A DNA stretch of 64,000 nt from Lachnospiraceae bacterium (lineage in GTDB: Bacteria; Bacillota; Clostridia; Lachnospirales; Lachnospiraceae), in assembly GCA_017623815.1 (NCBI GenBank), contig JAGAOK010000011.1, positions 40,279 to 104,278 on the forward strand, in the 5' to 3' direction. Of this stretch, positions 56,880-64,000 are shown in pieces. The notes below the pieces were generated by a model that had not been told where the DNA came from, searched no databases, and saw only the letters and a list, made by a program, of their open reading frames with translations. The position numbers and the translations under genes are program-made. Position 1 is the first letter of the stretch, and every line of letters starts with the position of its first letter.

Positions 56880-57767
56880 TTATGCATCAAACTGTTTGCT
56901 GTACCAGTCATCTGCAAGTTTATCTGCGAGAGGGATATCCAGCTCTGAAAAATTGTCCAAAAGCTGCTTTTTGATATATCCCATACGCACAAAATAGAGC
57001 TGTGCCAGTGTTTCATCATCTGCTTCAAGATTTTCCGGAATATGCGTTGCACTATCCACCTGCTCCTTTTGCAGATTTGCCTCCAGAAATGCATTGACGT
57101 CATCTATCAGCGTCGTCTCTTTATCTGCTACACCAACATAACTTTTGTACATTTTAATGGAATTAATACCCATGACAAAGAACACAAGGAACAAAAATCC
57201 CATGACACCGGTAAACACAATTTTGCCCATACCATACATATGGAACGGAAGCACGCCCATCCATAAAAGTACCAGCATCACAATACCGAGCGAGCCAATA
57301 AACAAAAGAGCAAATGCACTGGATTTGCATTCTTCCGCTTTGGCTTTTTTGTCTACATAAGCACCGTTCTTTCTAAGATCCGGAGCCTTTTTCTTTCCGT
57401 CCTCTGCTTCATCCGCTGCTTCGCCTGTCATTTCCGAAGGATCTTCGTCTTCCTCCAACGCCTGCGCAGCCATAGCTTCCTGCTCCTGCAAGTTCCGAAG
57501 AAATTCCATAATCATGTTTTTGGCAGTCGGAATATCCTCTTTCGGAATCAGAAGTTCATGTACCTTTTCTTTTTCATCATAACGGGTAAATGCCCCTTCT
57601 ATTCCGTTGGCTTTTAAAAACTGTGAAAGTTCTTGCATCTGGGCCTCTCCGCCGAACATCAACGGCTGTGGTCCATCATCCAGTGATTCAACCAGGTCTA
57701 CACCACAATCACTACATTTTGTATATCCTTTTACGTATTCATTTCTACATACCGGACACCAAGGCAT
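56880..57767 (-). CDS. Zinc-ribbon membrane protein of unknown function
   Basis: It has an N-terminal CPVC...CSDCG, an acidic linker, and two TM segments. Confidence 0.4.
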   Translation of the reverse strand: MPWCPVCRNEYVKGYTKCSDCGVDLVESLDDGPQPLMFGGEAQMQELSQFLKANGIEGAFTRYDEKEKVHELLIPKEDIPTAKNMIMEFLRNLQEQEAMAAQALEEDEDPSEMTGEAADEAEDGKKKAPDLRKNGAYVDKKAKAEECKSSAFALLFIGSLGIVMLVLLWMGVLPFHMYGMGKIVFTGVMGFLFLVFFVMGINSIKMYKSYVGVADKETTLIDDVNAFLEANLQKEQVDSATHIPENLEADDETLAQLYFVRMGYIKKQLLDNFSELDIPLADKLADDWYSKQFDA

Positions 57768-57780
57768 AATCTCGTTCTCC

Positions 57781-59160
57781 TTATTTATTGCTTAAATATT
57801 CATCGATACCTTTTGCAGCTTCTTTTCCTGCACCCATGGCAAGAATAACAGTTGCTGCACCTGTAACTGCATCACCACCGGCAAACACACCTTCTTTGGT
57901 GGTCTGTCCGTTTTCCTGCGCTACGATACATTTATATTTATTGATATCAAGTCCTTTTGTTGTAGAAGAAATAAGTGGGTTTGGTGAAGTACCGAGAGAC
58001 ATGATAACTGTGTCAACATCGATTACAAACTCAGATCCTTCAATCACAACCGGTCTTCTTCTTCCGGATGCATCCGGCTCACCGAGTTCCATTTTCACAC
58101 ATTTAATTCCGCTTACCCATCCATCTTCATTAGAAAGGATTTCTACCGGATTTGTAAGAAGGTCAAAAATGATACCTTCTTCTTTTGCATGATGTACTTC
58201 TTCCACACGCGCCGGAAGTTCTTCCTCAGAACGACGATATACGATATGTACCTCTGCTCCGAGACGAAGTGCTGTTCTGGCAGCGTCCATGGCAACGTTA
58301 CCACCACCGACAACGGCTACTTTCTGTCCGCGCATAATCGGTGTAGAGGAATCTTCTTTGAACGCTTTCATAAGATTACTTCTTGTCAGGTATTCATTTG
58401 CAGAGAACACGCCGTTTGCCTGCTCGCCCGGAATCCCCATAAATTTCGGAAGTCCCGCGCCGGAACCGATAAATACAGCTTCAAAGCCTTCTTCCATTAA
58501 TTCGTCGATTGTTGTAGACTTACCGATTACTACGTTTGTCTCAATCTTAACACCAAGAGATTTTACGTTTTCAATTTCTTTTGCAACTACATCTGTCTTC
58601 GGAAGACGGAATTCAGGAATACCATAAACAAGTACGCCGCCTGCTTCATGAAGTGCCTCGAAAATAGTTACGTCATATCCCATCTTAGCAAGATCGCCCG
58701 CACAGGTAAGACCTGCAGGACCGGAACCGATCACCGCCACTTTTTTATTTTTCTTTTCTGCTGATACAGCCGGTTTGATTCCGTTTTCTGAAGCCCAGTC
58801 AGCCACGAAACGTTCAAGTTTTCCGATAGAAACCGGTTCACCTTTGATACCACGGATACATTTTCCTTCACACTGGCTCTCCTGCGGACATACACGGCCG
58901 CAAACTGCCGGAAGTGCACTTGACTCACTGATTACCTGATAAGCAGCTTCGATATTTCCTTCTTTTACCTGCTCAATAAAGCCCGGAATGTTAATAGAAA
59001 CAGGACAACCTTTTACGCACTGAGCGTTCTTACAGTTGATACATCTGCTTGCTTCTTCCATTGCTTCTTCTTTATTGTATCCTAAACATACTTCATCAAA
59101 ATTCGTTGCACGAACCTTTGGATCCTGTTCTCTGACAGGTACTTTCTTTAATACGTCCAT
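57781..59160 (-). CDS. nfnB: NADPH-dependent glutamate-synthase-small-subunit-like oxidoreductase (NfnB / homotetrameric GltA type)
   Basis: 459 aa with N-terminal Fe-S Cys clusters and two Rossmann motifs (VIGSGPAGL, VVGGGNVAMD). Confidence 0.8.
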   Translation of the reverse strand: MDVLKKVPVREQDPKVRATNFDEVCLGYNKEEAMEEASRCINCKNAQCVKGCPVSINIPGFIEQVKEGNIEAAYQVISESSALPAVCGRVCPQESQCEGKCIRGIKGEPVSIGKLERFVADWASENGIKPAVSAEKKNKKVAVIGSGPAGLTCAGDLAKMGYDVTIFEALHEAGGVLVYGIPEFRLPKTDVVAKEIENVKSLGVKIETNVVIGKSTTIDELMEEGFEAVFIGSGAGLPKFMGIPGEQANGVFSANEYLTRSNLMKAFKEDSSTPIMRGQKVAVVGGGNVAMDAARTALRLGAEVHIVYRRSEEELPARVEEVHHAKEEGIIFDLLTNPVEILSNEDGWVSGIKCVKMELGEPDASGRRRPVVIEGSEFVIDVDTVIMSLGTSPNPLISSTTKGLDINKYKCIVAQENGQTTKEGVFAGGDAVTGAATVILAMGAGKEAAKGIDEYLSNK

Positions 59161-60050
59161 TATTTGTCACCTCCGCAGTGTCCGCATCCGCCGTGATGCG
59201 TATCACCTTCCTGCTGTTTTAATAAAGCTCTGCCTTCTGCTGTTTTGTACATCTGCTGACGTTTCATCGCCTGATCGAAATCAACGAGATGTCCGTCAAA
59301 CTCAGGTCCGTCAACGCAGGCAAATTTCACTTCTCCGCCAACGGTCAAACGACAGGCACCGCACATACCGGTTCCGTCCACCATGATAGGGTTCATGGAA
59401 ACGATGGTTTTGAGGTTTAATTCTTTTGTTGTCAAACATACAAATTTCATCATGATCATCGGTCCGATAGCAACACAGATATCGTACTGTTTGCCTTCTT
59501 TTTCCACGAGGTCTTTCAGCGTCGTTGTAACCATTCCGCTTCTTCCGTAAGAACCGTCATCCGTTGTCGGATATACATTGGCTGCAACTTTTTTCATATC
59601 TTCTTCATAAATAAGTAAATCTTTTGTCTTCGCACCGATGATAACATCTGCGTCTACACCGTTCTCATGAAGCCATTTTACCTGCGGATATACAGGTGCT
59701 GTTCCGAGACCTCCGGCAACAAAAATGATTTTCTTCTGTTTTAACTCTTCTAAATTTTCACTGCAGAACTCTGATGGCTGTCCGAGCGGTCCGACGAAAT
59801 CGTGAAACGCATCTCCGGCTTTTAAATTTGCCATAGCCATAGTACCTGCACCGATTGTCTGTACTACGATTGTGATTGTTCCCTTTTCACGGTCATAATC
59901 ACTGATGGTAAGCGGAATACGCTCTGAATCCTCATCTGTTCTGACAATGACAAACTGTCCCGGCAAACATGATTTTGCTGCTCTTTTTGCTTCAACTTCA
60001 AAAAGATAAATGTTTGTCGTAAGTTCCTGTGCTCTTACAATTTTATACAT
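59160..60050 (-). CDS. nfnA: Ferredoxin-NADP reductase-like FAD/NAD-binding subunit (NfnA / sulfide dehydrogenase-like)
   Basis: MYKIV start with the SD GAGGAGG. It has the C-terminal 2Fe-2S motif C..GxCGAC...C and is translationally coupled to nfnB. Confidence 0.78.
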   Translation of the reverse strand: MYKIVRAQELTTNIYLFEVEAKRAAKSCLPGQFVIVRTDEDSERIPLTISDYDREKGTITIVVQTIGAGTMAMANLKAGDAFHDFVGPLGQPSEFCSENLEELKQKKIIFVAGGLGTAPVYPQVKWLHENGVDADVIIGAKTKDLLIYEEDMKKVAANVYPTTDDGSYGRSGMVTTTLKDLVEKEGKQYDICVAIGPMIMMKFVCLTTKELNLKTIVSMNPIMVDGTGMCGACRLTVGGEVKFACVDGPEFDGHLVDFDQAMKRQQMYKTAEGRALLKQQEGDTHHGGCGHCGGDK

Positions 60051-60160
60051 TTTTATCCTCCTCGTTTTACCGGACAACGTCCGGTTACATCTTTTTTATA
60101 GTAATGGAATTACTTTCAAATAGCAATCTTTTTTTTCGAATGATAACATAAATCATTCTC

Positions 60161-61645
60161 TCACTGTATTTTTCGCAGATCAAACATACCAAGTGCATTG
60201 CGCTGCGCACGGAAACTTTCACCCGTCGTCACGCTGACTGCATATACATCTCCTGTCTCCTGACTGACACCATCCGGCGAGATGTATACCTCATGTAAGA
60301 GATAATAATACAACTCGTTTGACATAATCACCGTCCCCGGCTTATATTGTCTTTTTCCATCCACACCGACAATGTGACCGTCTGAGTCCGCCAGAATTCC
60401 CTGCGTAATCAGGTTCTGTATCAGCATATTTGCCGCCTGCTCTCCGGTAAATGCCAATTCGATTTCAAATCGATACTGCGCATATGCTATTTCTCCCGGA
60501 ATTCCGCTTTCATCATACATAACAAATGCAAACCGGCTGTCCCCGCGCGGAAGCGGAATCGCTCCGTCATACAGCGTACTCTCCAGTCCGGGATCGGAAC
60601 CATCCGTGGTATAATACACCTGATAACTGTCATCCGGCACTTCCACTGTAATATACTGTGGCTGTGTATAGGTTCCTGACGCAAGACTGATCTTAGGAGC
60701 CTGTATCTTCTGCTCCTGGATATAGTACTGCGCCTCTATCACACTGCTGCATATGTTATAAGTGTTGACATACACCGCTTTTACGCTATATTTCCCAGAA
60801 TGAAGCACAATCGGTGTAATATATTCCTTTCCGCGCTCCATTGGCTGTGAACCATCCAGGGTATAATAAATTTTTCCGGTTCCGGGTGCAATCAGCTTCA
60901 GTGCCAGTGCTTCCTCATAATTGCCCTGCTCTTCGCTCATCTGCGGAGGCGTGGCAATATAGTCAACATATTTGTCAAGCACCGACTGGTCTTTACACAA
61001 ATTCAAAAGATCCGCAATCTTTTGATATTCCTTTTCCTTTTCATACAAAGGTATCAAAAGTTCATAGGCCGGTGCATATGCACTGTCTACTGCCAAAAGA
61101 TCCTCGAGCATTTCTCTTGCATACTGCACATTCCCCATCCCGTCATACGCTCTTGCCATCAACATTTTGGCATCCGACGAGTTCGGTGCAATTTCCCGTG
61201 CCGTTTCTGCATGCTCCAGCATCTGCTCATAATCCGATGCACGGCTCATCTCCTCTGCCTTTTTTATATGATAGTCGTAAGACGACTGTTCCTGCATACG
61301 ATATGTTATCACAATCACCGTCACCAAAAGCACAACTGCAAGCGCACATCCTATCATAAACAGCACAAAACGCTTACTGGCTTTTTTTTCGGGGTAATCT
61401 ATATTCAATTGTTCTTCTGCCTCTTCATGGGAATCCTTCCCAGAATCCGGCTCCGGCTCCGAAACCAAACGTATCGGTTTAATTTCCTGCGTATTGGCAA
61501 GATCCACTGCTATTCCGGAAATCGCGTCCTTGAGTGTTTCATCAATTTCCGCTTCATACACCGGAACAAGCTGTCTTTCTTTTCCGCAGTTTTCACAAAA
61601 GACCTGTTCGTCTGTCATCGGAGCTCCACAATGTGGACATTTCAT
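60161..61645 (-). CDS. Zinc-ribbon / TM / TPR-like / two CHB_HEX_C-like (IYYTxDGSxP) domain protein
   Basis: It has CPHCG...CENCG, one TM segment, and the motifs GKIYYTLDGSQP and YQVYYTTDGSDP. The ATG at 61645 has the SD GGAG. Confidence 0.45.
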   Translation of the reverse strand: MKCPHCGAPMTDEQVFCENCGKERQLVPVYEAEIDETLKDAISGIAVDLANTQEIKPIRLVSEPEPDSGKDSHEEAEEQLNIDYPEKKASKRFVLFMIGCALAVVLLVTVIVITYRMQEQSSYDYHIKKAEEMSRASDYEQMLEHAETAREIAPNSSDAKMLMARAYDGMGNVQYAREMLEDLLAVDSAYAPAYELLIPLYEKEKEYQKIADLLNLCKDQSVLDKYVDYIATPPQMSEEQGNYEEALALKLIAPGTGKIYYTLDGSQPMERGKEYITPIVLHSGKYSVKAVYVNTYNICSSVIEAQYYIQEQKIQAPKISLASGTYTQPQYITVEVPDDSYQVYYTTDGSDPGLESTLYDGAIPLPRGDSRFAFVMYDESGIPGEIAYAQYRFEIELAFTGEQAANMLIQNLITQGILADSDGHIVGVDGKRQYKPGTVIMSNELYYYLLHEVYISPDGVSQETGDVYAVSVTTGESFRAQRNALGMFDLRKIQ

Positions 61646-61671
61646 AAATATCACTCCATACTACAATCACA

Positions 61672-63342
61672 TCAGAACAGACCTGTAATGGTGCCGTCCT
61701 TGGTCACATCAATTGCAAATGCCGCCGGCTGTTTCGGAAGTCCCGGCATCGTCATAACCGCTCCTGTAAGAACTACCACAAATCCGGCTCCGGCTGAAAC
61801 GTAAACCTCTCTTACCTGAACCGTAAAACCTTCCGGTCTTCCCAAAAGTGCCGGATCATCCGAGAGCGAATACTGTGTTTTTGCCATACAGACAGGCATT
61901 TCTCCAAATCCGAGCTGTGTCAGTTTCTCCAGCTGCTTTTCTGCCGCCGGAGCGTATGTTACACCATCCGCACCGTAAATCTCTTTTGCAACCGTTTCAA
62001 TCTTTTCTTTCAGGCTCGCCTCATTTTTATAAATCGGCTCAAAGTGACTTTCCTTCTCATCCAGAGTTTTTATCACCTTTTCTGCAAGCTGCACTCCGCC
62101 TTCACCGCCTTTAGCCCAGACATTAGCCAGTGCAAACTCACATCCTCTGCTCTCGCAGAACTCTTTGACAAAAGCAGTTTCCTCTTCCGTATCCGTTACA
62201 AACGCATTGAGCGTTACAACTACCGGAACCTTGTATTTCTGAATATTTTCAATGTGCTTTTCCAGATTGACGATACCTTTTTTAAGCGCTTCCATATTCG
62301 GTTTCGTCACTTCGGCTTTTGATACTCCGCCGTTGTATTTCAGTGCTTTAATTGTTGCTACCAGCACCACTGCATCCGGCTTAAATCCTGCCAGACGACA
62401 CTTGATATCAAAGAATTTCTCAGCGCCGAGATCTGCTCCAAATCCCGCTTCCGTAATCACATAGTCTGCCATGTGAAGTGCTGCATTTGTCGCTCTTACG
62501 CTGTTACATCCGTGTGCAATATTCGCAAACGGACCGCCATGAATCAGCGCCGGATTATGCTCCAGCGTCTGAATCAGATTCGGTTGCATTGCATCTTTGA
62601 GAAGTGCTGCCATCGAACCGACTGCCTGCAAATCTTTCGCTGTTACCGGTTTGTTATCCATATCATAAGCCACAATAATTCTGCCAAGGCGCATCTTTAA
62701 ATCATCCATATCCTTTGCCAGACAGAGAATCGCCATAATTTCAGAAGCAACTGTGATGACAAAATGATCTTCCCGTACCACTCCGTCCATCTTATTTCCA
62801 AGACCGACTACCACATTGCGGAGCACACGGTCATTCATATCTACACATCGTTTCCATACAATCTGGCGTGTGTCGATGCGAAGCTCATTTCCCTGCTGGA
62901 TGTGATTATCCAAAAGGGCTGCCAAAAGGTTGTTGGCAGACGTAATTGCATGAAAATCTCCCGTAAAGTGAAGATTTAAATCTTCCATCGGAACCACCTG
63001 GGAATAACCACCGCCCGCAGCTCCTCCCTTTACACCGAAACACGGTCCGAGGGAAGGCTCTCTGAGTGCAATCATTGTCTTTTTGCCGAGTTTGTGAAAC
63101 GCCTCGCCAAGACCGACACTGACTGTCGTTTTTCCTTCTCCTGCCGGGGTCGGATTAATCGCTGTCACCAGCACAAGTTTACCCTTTGGATTTTTCTCGA
63201 TTTTATCCAAATAGTCATTCGACAATTTCGCTTTGTATCTTCCGTAAAGTTCAAGATCATCCTGATCAATACCGATTTTCCCGGCCACTTCCGTAATCGG
63301 AAGCATCTGCGCTGCCTGTGCGATTTCAATATCTGTCATCAT
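61672..63342 (-). CDS. fhs: Formate-tetrahydrofolate ligase
   Basis: 556 aa with [10 protein letters not shown] and the conserved FTHFS sequence. Confidence 0.96.
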   Translation of the reverse strand: MMTDIEIAQAAQMLPITEVAGKIGIDQDDLELYGRYKAKLSNDYLDKIEKNPKGKLVLVTAINPTPAGEGKTTVSVGLGEAFHKLGKKTMIALREPSLGPCFGVKGGAAGGGYSQVVPMEDLNLHFTGDFHAITSANNLLAALLDNHIQQGNELRIDTRQIVWKRCVDMNDRVLRNVVVGLGNKMDGVVREDHFVITVASEIMAILCLAKDMDDLKMRLGRIIVAYDMDNKPVTAKDLQAVGSMAALLKDAMQPNLIQTLEHNPALIHGGPFANIAHGCNSVRATNAALHMADYVITEAGFGADLGAEKFFDIKCRLAGFKPDAVVLVATIKALKYNGGVSKAEVTKPNMEALKKGIVNLEKHIENIQKYKVPVVVTLNAFVTDTEEETAFVKEFCESRGCEFALANVWAKGGEGGVQLAEKVIKTLDEKESHFEPIYKNEASLKEKIETVAKEIYGADGVTYAPAAEKQLEKLTQLGFGEMPVCMAKTQYSLSDDPALLGRPEGFTVQVREVYVSAGAGFVVVLTGAVMTMPGLPKQPAAFAIDVTKDGTITGLF

Positions 63343-63363
63343 AAATTACTACCTCTTTATTCT

Positions 63364-64000
63364 TTATATCTCTTCAAGTAACTGCTCAAACTCTTCCATG
63401 GTCATCAGTACATTTCGCGGCTTTGTTCCTGCCTCCTCACTGACAACACCATACTCATATAACTGATCCATGATTCGGGCAGCCCGGTTAAATCCAATCT
63501 GGAATACCCTCTGCAGCTTTCCGATTGATGCCTTTTCCTGCTCGATCACATAGCGTCCTGCGTCCGCAAAATAAATATCCCTGTCATCGCCGCCACCGGC
63601 TTTAGCTCCGGCTCCGCCTCCGCTTCCGATTGAAGCAAGCTGCGCCTCCATCGCTTCCGTCTCCGCCTGATTTCCATCGTTTTGTGCTTTCAGGAAATCT
63701 ACCACGTCAGCCACTTCTTTATCCGACACAAATGCGCCCTGGACGCGGACCGGTTTCGGATATCCCTGCGGGTAAAAGAGCATATCTCCTTTTCCGAGAA
63801 GTTTTTCCGCTCCGTTCATATCAAGGATTGTCCTCGAATCCACTCCCGAGGAAACCGCAAATGCGATACGGCTCGGCATATTTGCTTTAATCAGTCCTGT
63901 AATGACATCCACAGACGGTCTCTGCGTCGCAATCACAAGATGAATTCCGGCTGCTCTCGCAAGCTGCGCCAGACGGCAGATGGATTCTTCCACCTCACCG
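63364..64000 (-). CDS. ftsK: DNA translocase FtsK/SpoIIIE, C-terminal part only; the N-terminus lies beyond the right window edge
   Basis: The frame is open to the window end. It contains the motor-domain end ([18 protein letters not shown]) and the gamma winged-helix ([24 protein letters not shown]). Confidence 0.9.
   Translation of the reverse strand, partial: GEVEESICRLAQLARAAGIHLVIATQRPSVDVITGLIKANMPSRIAFAVSSGVDSRTILDMNGAEKLLGKGDMLFYPQGYPKPVRVQGAFVSDKEVADVVDFLKAQNDGNQAETEAMEAQLASIGSGGGAGAKAGGGDDRDIYFADAGRYVIEQEKASIGKLQRVFQIGFNRAARIMDQLYEYGVVSEEAGTKPRNVLMTMEEFEQLLEEI

Noticed and set aside
60064-60160. Hairpins between the TPR-like gene and nfnA (ACCGGAC/GTCCGGT and GAATGAT/ATCATTC) as minus-strand terminators.
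   Set aside because: On the minus-strand RNA both stems are followed by A-rich rather than U-rich sequence. The T-runs are on the plus strand only, where no gene is present. They are not called as terminators.

Overview
This window looks like a core-chromosome segment of a medium-GC Firmicute, probably a spore-forming Clostridia or Lachnospiraceae-like organism. I count about 64 protein genes. All but one (a LysR regulator at 8157-9080) are on the minus strand.

Gene content from left to right:
- U32 peptidase (partial), zapA, ruvAB, and a NusG-II/Gx-transporter pair
- a small accessory patch at 4.6-6.2 kb
- leuCD, lysR, cysK, ilvC, two tandem acetolactate-synthase small subunits, ilvB, and a short-form metH
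- rluD, lspA, aroB, sepF, yggS
- dacB-like carboxypeptidase, mgsA, rodA, minCDE, PBP2, mreBCD, radC
- ynbB-like gene, miaA, mutLS, miaB, proA, 5-FCL, DUF896, proB
- two FAD oxidoreductases and a flippase-like gene
- ybeY, 7TM-HD, phoH, yqfCD, pdp, nth, rlmH
- nfnAB, fhs, and ftsK (partial)

I see no rRNA, tRNA, CRISPR array, prophage, or recognisable multi-gene defence island, and I cannot support a claim of a new multi-gene system.

The best leads are:
1. A solo Rpn-family PD-(D/E)XK gene has its own promoter. It is bracketed by a perfect 15-bp inverted repeat and carries a strong internal SD+ATG that would give a 76-aa C-terminal product.
2. A family of 35-36-nt TGGGT...ACCCA palindromic units occurs as three-unit arrays at two intergenic loci (about 4.7 kb and about 10.7 kb).
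3. A 7TM-HD (PgpH/YqfF-like) protein has an HD motif that looks degenerate.
4. Two AHAS regulatory subunits sit in tandem, separated by a near-consensus internal promoter.

All product calls rest on my reading of the translated ORFs (motifs and synteny), not on database searches.
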